Shown one piece after another: positions 12,868 to 26,300 of a stretch of DNA of 64,000 bases. The translations under genes were made by a program, and so were the position numbers. The notes under the pieces are model-generated. The model saw only the letters and a program-made list of their open reading frames with translations, did no database searches and was not told the DNA's origin. This DNA is from Eledone cirrhosa. Its lineage: Eukaryota. Each line of letters opens with the position of its first letter. Within the stretch, counting starts at the first letter, position 1. The stretch is from positions 307,768,001 through 307,832,000 of the forward strand of contig OZ024743.1 of the NCBI GenBank assembly GCA_964016885.1, written 5' to 3'.

Positions 12868-14462
12868 CCTATGTCTTAATAATGAAATAATTAATTGCTT
12901 TTAGTAAATTCCTCAACATTCTTCAGATATATATTTCAATTAATTAAATTGATATAGAGTGTATTTCATTTGAAATACAGTCACCAAAGGTTTACAGAAA
13001 CTGATATATGCTCAAGTAGTCATTCTCAAATGGGAGACACTTGGCTCCCAGGGAAGAAACTTTAACCCAGGAAATATTGGGAAGGAATGTTAGCCAGGGT
13101 TGGAATCTACACTGGGAAAGAATAGTGTACATTGTGTATACATCAAATGAAATAGCAACTTTAAGGGTGATCATAAATTAACAGTTCACACACACAAAAA
13201 AAAAAAGATTAATAAATTAATTTTCTTTCATAAATTGTTTTAATAATTAACACTTTAAAATTATAATGGTGAAAAAATTACTAGATGCCACTTCAAAATG
13301 GAGGCATTGAGAAAATTGAAATGACAAGGTAAAGACTGTGAGCTGGGTCCCTGAGTACCACTGTGCTAATGAATAATTTAACTCTTAACATCCTGTATTG
13401 CATGAAACCACATTAGCATCACATTCTATAAAAGTATAAAACAGCACAGTGACTGAGTCACATTAAAAATGGAAATCTTTACTCTATTACTGCAATGTTT
13501 TACAATGATCTGTCTATTAGTAAAGATTATATTAAATTTGAATTAACAAACTTATTTTTAAATATCTACTACTTAATCCATAATTAAGGGGAAAGGGTTA
13601 GAAATATCATACATAATTGTTCTTAATTTAAACAATTGATGAAGTGAGGACTATTGAATACCTTGTCACCAATACATGACTGGCATCTTATTTTATTGCC
13701 CTCAAAAGGATGTAAAGCAGAGTTAACCTTGATGTGATTGGAACTCAGAAGGTAAAGAACAGGAAAAATATCACAAAGCATTTTGAAATGAAAGGAAATT
13801 TACAGTTCACACTTGTGCAGGTTAAGCTGTCCCCCTACAAAGTTGCATTTCATTGGAGGTTTCTTGGGTGTGTTAATGATAGGGACCTCAGTCCTATCAC
13901 AAAAAGTAATGTGAAATGAATTGTCTTGATCACGAACACAATGTGCTGTCTCGGCCAGGAACCAAATCCATGACTTTATGATCATGAGTCTGATACCCTA
14001 ACCACTAGGCCATGTGCCTTCACACAAAGCATTTTGTCTGACTATTATACATAATAATAATTTTGTTTACAAATTATCATGTTTTTAAAGCCAATAATAA
14101 CAAAAATGTAATGGCCTAATTTCCATAATTCATTTTATTATGTAATTTACTGCAATACATATTTCTGTGGTGTTATTACGTAATAACTGACACCCCTTCA
14201 AACAGTGTCTTAGGTAATACATTTATTATGTAATATATTTCTAATGTGATACCAGCTAATGATAAATAGATGGACTTTGTATTTGATGTTGTCTTTCTAA
14301 ACGCTGCTCCCTCCATATTCAACATTTTATAACACAAAGGAATATATATATTTCCATATACTGTACCAATTGTGTTGTTTTTTCTGTTTACTTTTTATAT
14401 ATATATATTTTTTTCTTGCTAACTCCCCCTCTCACTCCTCGTAGTTCTTCTCCCCTACTCTC

Positions 14463-14490
14463 CTGATGAAGGGCTTATGCTCGAAACATC
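14463..14490 (+). ncRNA. Degenerate Penelope-type minimal hammerhead ribozyme core
   Basis: CTGATGA-A-GGGC-ttat-GCTC-GAAAC-ATC; helix I not evident. Confidence 0.45.
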
Positions 14491-15007
14491 GCAACCACAC
14501 ACCTCCACTCTCACCAAGCGTGAAACTAATAATATTTCTAATATTTACTGCTGCGTTTGTTTTTTGTTTTCTGTTATTTCAAACTATATATATATATATA
14601 ATTAAAAATATGGGCACTATTTTGGAGTTCTAACTTTTAACTACTCAACAAGTCAACTCGGTATGCCTTGAGTACTATCTTGACTTGTGGTCTTCGCAAT
14701 CCTCAAACCATGAATACTACACACACACACACTCATTGATATATAAATGACAACAAACATTTAATGATGTGGTGATTTGATAATTTGATATTTGTGATAG
14801 TCATACTTATTATGTATCTAGGTTGTCTATTGCTTACCCTATGCAAGCATGGAAAACACATTAAACAGTGATTTTGATGATGATGATATATGTCACGAAC
14901 ATACTGTAGTCAATTTTATGTTTGAATTTATGATTGTGTTGACTAATGAGGCCAGCCTTGAGAAGACAACAACCATGTCCACTCTCATATAGTATATATG
15001 GAAAGGC

Positions 15008-15190
15008 TTGCATGTCTGTTATCAGACAATAGAGACATTGCTGACAACAAAGTTCTTGTCATCGTTAACGGCTTGCCTTACTAAGGTATCAGGTGATGTT
15101 CCTGGTGAGGGTGCTTGGTTGTTCCAATGCCTTAGCTTTGCTATCACCCATGGTAATGTTGCCAGTATGTTGGCTTACCTCAATAAGTAT
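15008..15190 (+). mobile_element. 3' remnant of a CRE-like (RLE) non-LTR retrotransposon
   Basis: EGAWLFQCLSFAITHGNVASML resembles the remembered CRE-clade C-terminal motif FLFQRLSxAxxRGNAxS. Confidence 0.5.
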
Positions 15191-16350
15191 GAGAGGGAGG
15201 TTCCTGCACTCCTTGTGGTGTGTGGCTGATTGACACACTTGATGTTGAATTAATATTTTTTTTATTTATATGTGAAATAGTTATGTAATTAAATAAGAGA
15301 TATATGTATGTGCTGAATTTTGAGATCTATGACATTTGTGTTATAATTTCAAGCTACTCCTAGGTCTTGAATAATCCCCCCCCCCCCCATTAATTTTTCA
15401 GATTTTTTCGAACCCCCTTTTTATTCCAATCCTTATTAAATTTTGCTAATCTATCTCTGGTGAAATTTTATTGTCAGTGATTCATATTGATACAGCAGCT
15501 GGAGAATCTATAATTTATTTTACATTAAAAAACATTATGTATCACAAAAAAAGAACATTACAAGAAATTCCATATTTACAAATATACACTATACAATTAC
15601 CAATCCCCCCTGCTTATTTCCCCCCCCCCCCCATTATTTGGGATCCGAGAGTATGTCTATTATTAGCATAGTTCTATTTTATTTAGGCTTTCTAAAGATT
15701 GTTGATTCTTTAAAAAAAAAACTAAAAATGGATTTGTTTAGCAGCCACCTGGTCCTCTGTGTTTGGTACCTTGCAAGTATCTCCTATCATAGATAGGACT
15801 CAAGTTGAACAATAACTTATGAGTGGAATTTAGAAGATGGAAATTGCAGAAGCTTGTCACATATATATATGTAATTGTAAGAATGTGTGTGCGTGTGTGT
15901 ATGTGTGTCTATATATATATATATATGTGGATAGAAACTTATGTGTATTTGTGTATGCTTACATTATAAACCTAGTTTTGTTTATAATATATAAATGTTT
16001 ATGACAGTATATATGTAAACACACATATACATTACACAGGCACACACACATTCACAAGCTAGCATTATCTTCTTACCTTGACATTCTGCTAAAAAGTTCA
16101 AATGTTACTCCTTGAGAAATGTAAACATATTTTAAGGTCCATTCTGGTAATTGATTTAGAATATAGACATAGTTTTCTATGCAGCATATGTAGCTATGTA
16201 TTTATATATGAGTATGTGTGTGTATATATATATATGTGTGTGTGTTTGTGTGTGTACATCTATATATATATATGATAGAGAAAGCATAAGTTAAATGATG
16301 ATATATGATATATATATTACAGGAAAATGGACGTTAAACGGTGATGATGA

Positions 16351-16427
<77 letters not shown>

Positions 16428-16892
16428 TTTTAAAGTGTTATTTTTTTTATTTGTCCTTCTCTCTACCTGACTATTAAACTAAATACCAATCAGCCAGCCA
16501 GGTGAATGAATACTACCTGTAACCCTGGGATTAATATGTGTTATTTGTGTTTGTGTGTATACTAGGAAGTAGCACAGTCCTTCTTTTATTATTCATTTTT
16601 TGTAGGATGGGTCTTCTTGCCCACCTGGTGAATAGCTTTACCAGTAATCCAATGAACAGGCAGTATTCCTTTTAATTTGTATGTGCCTATGTAATGTATG
16701 TATGTATATGTACACACATGCACACACTATATTTGTTTATCTGTCACAAAGGTTTCTTTTATTGTTCCTTTCTTTCTTTCTTTCTCCAGTATTTACAAAC
16801 TCATACACCAGCTATATTTAGGTTGAAGCTTCAATCTAGCCAAGAAGCTTCTGTTGTTTCATGATCTTATTTCTTAAGAGTTTCAAATAATA

Positions 16893-17118
16893 ATGGTTTC
16901 TGATATAGATACAAAGACACAAGGCCAGCAATTTGGGGAGGAGGGGAAAGTCGATTAAATCGACCCCAGTGCGTGACTGGTACTTTATTTTATCGACCCA
17001 TAAGGATGAAAGGCAAAGTTAACCTTGGCGGGATTTTAACTCGGATCATAAAGGCCGTAACTCTATGCTACAAAGCATGGCGTCCGACCCTCTGCCGATA
17101 CTGCCAATCCACAGCCCT
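16893..17118 (-). mobile_element. tRNA-SINE, same family as 8002
   Basis: Reverse-complement core and head present. Confidence 0.8.
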
Positions 17119-18338
17119 AGCGTTTCAAACAGTAATGAAGACAGTCTAGAATTTAGAGGGGCTTAACTAACATTTTCTTTATTAAATTAATGTTTTCTGA
17201 GCCAATGCTACCAGTAAGGTCAACAAAGTAGCTGCCTAGTGTGAAGACTTGAGAGCTTTAAAGGATCACAGTTTAAAGTGAATGTATAATAATTTCCTGT
17301 GAGGAATAAATGAATCACTAAACATCTATAGAAGTGTTGTAGAAATATCTTTAGCACATAATTTGGCATGGGTGTGTGTGGACTGTGTACTAGAAAATGT
17401 AGGCTTAGTAATTTTCTTAGTGTAGTCAGAGCAAAAATTGTCAAAAACTAGGTTTGTTAGTTTACCAACCTGTAAATTGAAATTATTTTAATATTTGAGA
17501 AGGGCACACATATTGTAGAGCTAACCTAGTTGCTCTACAACACTCTTGTAGCTTAAAATATTAGGAGGACATCCAACTGTAAGACACTCTCAAAAAATCT
17601 TGATCAACCTGTGCTAGCATGGAAAAGTGGATATTAAAATGATGATGATGGCAATGTTTATGTGTGGTCTGTTTTTTTAAATATACTTTTGAATATCAAT
17701 TATTATGGACACCATAATTTTGCGACTAACTTTCATCATTATCATCATCACCATTTAACATCTATTTTCTACGCTAGCATGGGTTAGTTGCCCTGTTGTG
17801 AGATAGGCTAGGTCTGATGACCATGACTTGCTCATATAGGACTGGTTTTAGCTGGGTTTCTATAGCTGGATGCCCTTCCTAACACAATCACATTTACAGT
17901 GTGTGCTAGGTGCTTTTTGTCATGACACCTACATGCCTACTTTACAGTGTGGGATGGGTGCTTTTTGTTGTGACATCTACACAATCACTTTACAGTGTGG
18001 GCTCGGTGCTTTTTGTTGTGTCGCCATCACAATCACTTTACAGTGTGGGCTGGGGATTGGGGAGGTAGATCTCGGGGCTTGTGTGAGGGGGCAGGGTGTT
18101 CATGAATGGGTGGAGTGTTAGGACATGGGAGGTTGCATAGCAGCCTGGGCAGGTGTCTTCTATTAGACCTATTTTAGACTTATTAACATTACATATCTAT
18201 CGAAGCATGCTTGCTTCCTTTCTCTCCAGCCTTCACATATCCTTTGCTTTCACTGCCCTTGCCTTATTACCATACCCTTCCTAATGCCAACTATTTTACA
18301 GTATGTACTTCTTCATTTTGTATCTTCGAAGCATGTGG

Positions 18339-18570
18339 TTATATGACAGTTTCCCATTTCTTTACACAGTCCTTTGCATTATTATTAAATTCTGCGAGAC
18401 CTTTTAAGCTGCACTGGTTGGGTAGTAGAGGGCAAACAAGGCAGTGCTGTATTGTATGGTCCCCCTTTCCGCATTCGCAGTTGGTTGGGCCGGTCTTGTA
18501 GCCCCATCTAGCCATAGCAGCTTTTGATCGCCCCATTCCTGTTCTCAGGCGGTTGAGTGTCTTCCATTAT
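18339..18570 (-). mobile_element. 3' fragment of an Ingi/I-group LINE (C-terminal CCHC region)
   Basis: LNRLRTGMGRSKAAMARWGY...CECG..DHTIQHCLVCP. Confidence 0.7.
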
Positions 18571-18723
18571 GTACTAGGAGCTTGTATTCATGGCACCAGT
18601 ACTACAACCTTAAAGAGTTGACTGTGTATGTTTTATCATGTCATCAGTTCTACTTCATTACAACATCTGGATGTTGGTTGTGTCCCTGGTTCTACTGGGG
18701 AGGGAATGACAAGAGTAAGGTGA

Positions 18724-19345
18724 TTTAGGCTCCATGGTAGAGCAAGTGTTAGGCTACATGATAGAACAAGTGTTAGGCTACATGATAGAACAAGTGTTAG
18801 GCTACATGATAGAACAAGTTTTAGGCTACATGATAGAACAAGTGTTAGGCTACATGATAGAACAAGTGTTAGGCTACATGATAGAACAGGTTTTAGGCTA
18901 CATGATAGAACAAGTGTTAGGCTACATGATAGAACAAGTGTTAGGCTACTTGATAGAGCAAGTGTTAGGCTACTTGATAGAGCAAGTGTTAGGCTACTTG
19001 ATAGAGCAAGTGTTAGGCTACATGATAGAGCAAGTGTAAGGCTCCATGACAGTTTGTGTTAGACTCCATGATAGTTTGTGTTAGACTCCATGATAGTTTG
19101 TGTTAGACTCCATGATAGTTTGTGTTAGACTCCATGATAGTTTGTGTTAGACTCCATGATAGTTTGTGTTAGACTCCATGATAGTTTGTGTTAGACTCCA
19201 TGATAGTTTGTGTTAGACTCCATGATAGTTAGTGTTAGGCTACGTGTTAGAGCTAGTGTTAGGTTACATGTTAGAGCTAGTGTAAGGCTACATGATAGAG
19301 CTGGTGTTAGGCTGCATTATAGTGCAAGTGTGAAGCTACATGTTA
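18724..19345. repeat. Compound minisatellite (24-bp, then 22-bp, then degenerate 24-bp units)
   Basis: gtgttaggctacatgatagaacaa about 13 times, then gtgttagactccatgatagttt about 8 times. Confidence 0.95.
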
Positions 19346-19824
19346 CTTGCTATGGCACAATCAGGTTAACACACAAGACAAAGCTTGATAGGTAGATGGT
19401 TGTAAATACTAAAAGTTTCCCTGGGGAAGGGGACATCACCTAACATAGGTTAGTAATTAGTGACTTTATAATGGTCTAGTGGTTAGTCATAGATTCATGA
19501 TCATAAACTCATGGTTTCCATTCCTCAATCAAGTGATGTGTTGTATTCTTGAGCAAGACACTTTAATTCACATTGTGTTTCCTAATAAGACTGGGGTGCC
19601 TGACAATAAAACATCTGTAAAACCTCCTTTCAGATATAGGAAGCCAGCAAAATTAACAGAGGTGGGATCTGTAAATTTTCTTTCATTTCCAGCATAGTGA
19701 CAGTCATATGACTAAAACCAGTTAAAGAATACAAGAATATGCCTTTGAATGAATTTCTATTGCATTTACTTTTTACATATTAACAAGATGGAAAATAATC
19801 TTACTTAATCAATTTTTTTTCCAG

Positions 19825-19941
19825 CTTTTGACTTTTGCTAAACATTCACCTCCAAACATGGGTTCTATGTCAATGTATAATAGTTTCCACTACCAAAACC
19901 CAGCTCTAAAACTATCTGCTGTCAGTGTGAACAGAACAAAG
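19825..19941 (+). CDS. ATG2: ATG2 exon a (LLTFAKHSPP...VNRTK), 117 nt, phase 0/0
   Basis: Acceptor ttttttttccag, donor AAG|gtaagt, open frame; LLTF motif sits at the expected position before the next exon. Confidence 0.85.
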
Positions 19942-20260
19942 GTAAGTTTAATTCGTCATTTTATTGCATTCATCCTTCGTAGTGGTTTGATGAGGAAGTG
20001 GTAGAGATGATTAACCCTAGTAGAAGCTAGGAAACGAAGTGGTAAGAGTTGTTTGATCAACCTTAGTAGAGGTTTGGTAGTGAAGTTGTAGAGTTGTTTG
20101 ATCAACCCTAGCAGAGGTTTGGTGGTGAAGTTGTAGATTTGTTTGATCAACCTTAGTAGAGGTTTGGTAGTGAAGTGGTAAGAGTTGTTTGATCAACCCC
20201 AGTAGAGGCTAGGTAGTGAAGTTGTAGAGTTGTTTGATCATTCAGTTTCGTGCTTGGGTC

Positions 20261-20326
<66 letters not shown>

Positions 20327-23300
20327 TTCATATGTATATATATTTATAAATAACATCATCATTTAACTTCTATTTTCCACACTGGCATGGGTGAGACGGG
20401 TTGTCCCATTTGAGGCAAGTCAGGTCAGGTGACCGTGTCTTGCTCATACAGAGCTGTTTCTGGCTTGGTTTCTATGACTGGATCATCATCATCATCATCA
20501 TTTTACGTCCGCTTTTCCCTGCTTGCAAGGGTGGGACGGGAACTGAATCTGGCATGATTTCTACAGCTGGATGCCCTTCCTAACACCAACCTCATTTACA
20601 GTGAGTGCTGGGTGCTTTTTTTCCGTGGCGCCTACACGTCCACTTTACAGTGTGGGCTGGGTGCTTTTTTGCCGTGGCACCTCCACGACCACTTTGCAGT
20701 GGAATGATAGGGACACCAGTCCTATCATCTCATTTCTACAGCTGAGTAAACTGGAGCAATGTGAAATAAAGTGTCTTGCTCAAGGAAACAACACATCACC
20801 CGGTCTGAGAATTGAACTCACAACCTTTTGATTGCAAGCCCAATGCTCTAACCACTAAGCCATGTGCTTCCTAATGCTAACCACCTTTATATAGTGGGCT
20901 GGGTGCTTTTTATCGTGATATCAACATGACCACTTTACAGTGTGGACTGGGCGTTTTATGTTGTGACACAAAACAACTACTCTACAGTGTTGACTGGGGG
21001 ATGTATAGGTGTGGGTGAAAGATAGGGTATTAGAACATGGGTGGAGTGTTAGGGTGTAGGAGGTGTATGGAAGGGGGAGGCAGGATAGGGGTTAGGTGGT
21101 GCATACTAGATGTATGATTCAACCTGCGCTCTTGGAAAGGCTGTTTTTCTGTATTACCTCATAACGCCAAAGATCTTGAGAGGTGCATTTGTGCAAGGTC
21201 AGCTTTTAACAACTCATCCTAGGTCATCCTACTCCATAGCTTCCATCAACTTTGAGCGCCTTGCACCTTTTTATGCAGCTGTCATCCCTCATTTACATAA
21301 CATGTCCATACCGATGCAATCTCCACTCTTGCACACTACATCTGATCCCTGTTATGCCCAGTTTCTCTCTCAGTTCATTTGCAGTCTACCATTCATGTTT
21401 ATTACCATTACACAACCATCAGAGCATGCCAGCTTCATTTCTTTCAATTATATATATATAGTGAGAGAGACAGACAACATCAATGATGGATATATATGTA
21501 TGTGTGTATATATATATAATAGTAGAACACTGGAGGGTTATATCCGTAGTAGTAGAGCACTTAGTCCATGGGACGAGTTTGGTAGAAGTAGTTCCACAAC
21601 AGTTAGTTCACCATACCGAGAACAAATATTTCACCCTATGTGGATCTTCACCTCAGTCTCCGCATAAGGTCAAACATTTGTTCTCAGTATGGTGAACTAA
21701 CTGTTGTGGAACTACTTCTATATCATCATCATAATCATTTTATGTCCATTCTTCCACACTAGCATGGGTTAGACGGGTTGTTCTGTTGTGGGCAGTGTCC
21801 AGTCGGCTGACCTTGTCTTGCTCATACAGGAACTAATTCTGACTTGATTTCTACAGCTGGATGCCCTTCCTAACACCAACCTCATTTACAGTGAGTGCTG
21901 GGTGTTTTTTCTCCGTGGCGCCTACATGTCCATTTTACAGTGTGGGCTGGGTGCTTTTTTGCCGTGGCACCTCCACGACCACTTTGCATATATTGTCTAT
22001 ATGCTTCAGTATGTATATATATATATAAAGGACAATTTGTAATGTCTTCATTACGTTTATTGAGTAGTGATGCACGTTTTGCTATTGATCAGCTCAAGGT
22101 TCAATCTGTATCAATCTGTATCAATCAAGCCCGATTCAGGAATCAAAAGCTCGTCGGACTTCTGTTGTGGGCTTGATCAATACAGATCGAACCTTGAGCT
22201 AATCAAGAACAAAACGCACATCACTGTTCAATAAACATAATGAAGACATAACACATCATCCTTTTTATTATTATTATTACACTCTGCTTAGTACTACACC
22301 TCTGTACTTACTGGAAACTAAGCATTGAGCGCTCACTCTGGTGAACCTACAGTAATTGGACATTACAATCCCTAAATATATACATATATTATATGAGAGA
22401 GTGTGTGTGTGTGTGTGTGTGTATTTCATAAGTGTTATGGCCATGAAAGAGTAAACAGAACTACTCTGTTTAACTGTAACACTTGCTAACATTGGTTAAC
22501 AGTCGGTAACATAGTTCATCCTATGTAAATACCAAACTGATCCTGGTTTTCTGATCTAGCATCATCTGTTTAACCCTCATGATACCAGGCTACCTGAAGC
22601 CACTCGTGGTTCTTTAATAAAAATAACTGTTTGTTCTAAGGTGTTTATATTTATCTAAAATCCTTTTATAATTTTATATAAGAACCCTTGTTAAGTCATG
22701 CTCCAAACACCAACTAAATAATGAGAAAGTTAGTTAAACACCTTCAAATTCTTTATTTTCAAAATTATTTCAAAATTTTAGATATCAGAATTATGATAAC
22801 AAAACGGTGAAAAAAAAAATGTTCATATTTAATTTTAAAGGATTCTATTATAAAGTTATGTGAAAACCTTTTATTTAAATTATGCGTAAAATACTGGCTT
22901 AATATACTAATTAAACAAAAAGTTGGAGATTTAAACTAAATTCCTTTTATTTTTTGATTATATACAAAATCAACTGGAACTTAGAACTGTGTATTTCTGT
23001 TAAAATCTGCTTATGAAAGGGTTAACTGCTGTCTCTTTTATTTGAATCAGTTTTCTCACCGGCAGTCCACAGTACCTAAAACAGAACTGTCTTTTGAGTT
23101 GGGTCAATTTACATCTGAAGTTGACATAACAATTGTCGACCGAATAAACAGCTTACTAAAGTCAGATCTTGTACGGCCACCGGACCAAAATATCAATGCT
23201 GGACTACGATTTGTTCCCACGAGTCCTTATACCAGTTTTGTAAGTATACTTTTAGTGACCTTTTTATTGGGTGGTATTAACATTTGATGTCCAACATTAC

Positions 23301-26300
23301 ATGAAACTATATTAGTAAGACATGCTTGAAAAATAGGAAACAGCACTATGGCTGCATCATATTAAAAATTAAAATCTTTACTCTAATACTGCCAATTTTT
23401 ACAACAGTCTGTTCACTAGCAAAGATAATTAAATCAACTAGTTTTTAGGTATTTTCTTCTAAATCATTAAAGTATGTTAAGTGTTAATGTATATTAACTC
23501 ATAACATACTGTACCTTATGAAGATGTATTAGCAAGACATTCTTGAAAAATACAAAACAGCACAATGAATATAATCAAAGATTAAAGTCTTTACTCCTTG
23601 TAGCATCTAGCCTCCTGGCACCGTAGCTCAGAGATGAGGGAGTCACTCCAGATAGAGCCGGCACTTTTCCTATTATATCAAATGTTAAACTAATATATTT
23701 CTCCATTTTACTGCTTTGTTATTTCTGTTTAATTTTTGCATATATATATATATGAATGTTTGTGTTGGGCAATTTCCCTATTTCAGACCACACAGGCATT
23801 GTATGAAGGATCTGCTACAGAGGAAAGTAAAGTTTCTTTGAAAGTTGGAAGTTCATCTTGTATACTCCGAGTCAGGTAAAGCATTTTATTAACTCTGATA
23901 CATTAAACATGAAAAGCTCCTTATAATATTCTGATTATGACAGTCAATTTACAGGCCATAGTCATGGCTGGATTAAAGCAATTAATGGGACCCCAGCACC
24001 TGCTTGTAAGAAGCTTAATGAAAATGATAAAATTATACACTGTATATACTCGAATATAAGCCAATTCCCACCCCCCATTTTATGTCTGGGAAATAGGCAA
24101 AAATCGAAACTTCATTTATAAAGTAAGGCAGCTAATCAACACATTGTTTAGATGCCATATATAAGCCAACCTACTATTTTACCATAGATTTTTTGGTCAC
24201 ATATTCCTTGTTGTATATTCAAGTATATATGGTAAATGTGGGCCTTCATGTAGGATGCTGCTGAGATTTCAGCATTAATCCACACCAACTTCTAAATTTT
24301 GACCAAAATGTATTTCATAGCTATATTTAAAATGGGACTGGAACCCCCTCCTAGAATACAAGGCCCTGGGCTATAGCCCACATATCCTATATGGTACTGC
24401 TTCTAATTATAATACTAGAACTATATCCAGTTGTTCACCTCTAATTACAATTATTGGTTCTTCTATAGGATCACCCAAGTGTCAAAGTGAATATTCACTT
24501 TGCTAATTGACCAACATAGGATAGATTTAACAAATATTATAATACTCTATTAAGTTAGGAGCATGTACCTATTACAATTAACAATTAATTTAAAGAATAT
24601 GACCTGTATAATGTATATGGCTTAGTGACTATGGTGTTGGGCTCCTAATTGTGGGAGTGTGGGTTCAATCTCCAGATTGGATAGCTCATTTTATCCTTGA
24701 ACAACATAACTTTATACAATAATCATCCAGCAACTAACCCAGGCTTCACTGCTCGTCAAGCTGAAGGTGCAAGCTGTCAAAATATTGGTCGCTCTCTGAT
24801 AGGTTTGTGGTTAAACCTGAAACATTGGAAACTTCCAACATTCTTGGTCATCAGACCATATCCCTACTGACTGCTATCAGGGCAGAATTGGTTACCCTCG
24901 AGACTGAGCCCCATGAGTTGGAATAGTTACTCCAATGTGTCTCCCTCACCACAATTTGGGGCAATATTTTCTCCATTCTGTCTGCTAGGACCATGAGGCA
25001 GCCTGCGCATGCACTTCCCACACCCCAGAGTGTACACTCCTACTGCATCTGGGCCTGTATCATTGGTGTAGCAATGTTGAGTTATAATGTTGTTTCAAAG
25101 ATAGAATGAGAATTAAAATCATAATTTTCTACAGTTACTATCTTAGTAATGAAATAATAATTTTAGTAAATCCCTCAAAATGTTTAATTAATTACCATAT
25201 AAACTCATATATAAGCCAAGAAATATGTGACAAAAACATTGATGATAAAATGGGGGTCGGGCTTAGAGTGGAGGTCAATATTTTGCCGATTTTCACCAAC
25301 GTCATAATTATACGTAAATAAAGTTCTAAAATATCTTCACTTTGGGGGTGACTATTACATCAGTTTCACTTTCATTTTTTTAATGTTTTGAATGAAAGGG
25401 ATAATGGTGTGCGTTTCATCAGAAATACACTTATGAAAGAGATAGTGCCCCATGTAACTGGTGTTAGCTCCATCTTGATGAGTCTCTAGGTTCAAGTAAC
25501 TCTTTAACTTAAATCTTTATTTTTTTGTTTTATATACAGTTGTTTCTACATGTGTTTCTAAATGTTAACTAATTAATTTAAATACAGTGTATTTCATTAG
25601 AAATATGCTAATGAAAGGTTTAGTTAAGACTTAACACAGTAGGATATGATTTGATGGATATTTAACTACTGTTTTTTACATATCAAGTAGTCCCATATAG
25701 AGGAGTTTTCTTTATTGGCTTAATCCCTTTCATACAGACCCACCTGACTGAAATCACCCCTTGCTTCTATGATATAGAAACTCCTTGTTTTAAAGTGTTC
25801 ATAGTTATATTAAAACTTCCATTATTTTTTGTTAAGTAATGTTTCGACCACTTTGCAGTGGAATGATAGGGACCCCAGTCCCTATCTTCTCATTTCTACA
25901 GCTGAGTAAACTGGAGCAATGTGAAATAAAGTGTCTTGCTCAAGGAAACAACACATCAATTCTCAGACCGGGTGATGTGTTGTTTCTTTGAGCAAGACAC
26001 TTTATTTCACATTGCTCCAGTTTACTCAGCTGTAGAAATGAGATGATAGGGACTGGGGTCCTTATCATTCCATTGCAAAGTGGTCGTGGAGGTACCACGG
26101 CAAAAAAGCACCCAGCCCACACTGTAAAGTGGACGTGTAGGCGCCACGGAAAAAAAGCACCCAGCACTCACTGTAAATGAGGTTGGTGTTAGGAAGGGCA
26201 TCCAGCTGCAGAAATCGAGCCAGAATCAGTTCCCGTCCCACCCTTGCAAGCAGGGAAAAGCGGATGTAAAATGATGATGATGATGAATGTTTCAAACATC

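Noticed and set aside
18734-19039. ORF of MIEQVLGY repeats, or a CRISPR-like array
   Set aside because: Translation of a 24-bp minisatellite; no unique spacers, no cas genes, eukaryotic intron.
20790-20868. tRNA gene
   Set aside because: A/B-box-like head continuous with the SINE body; no complete cloverleaf.
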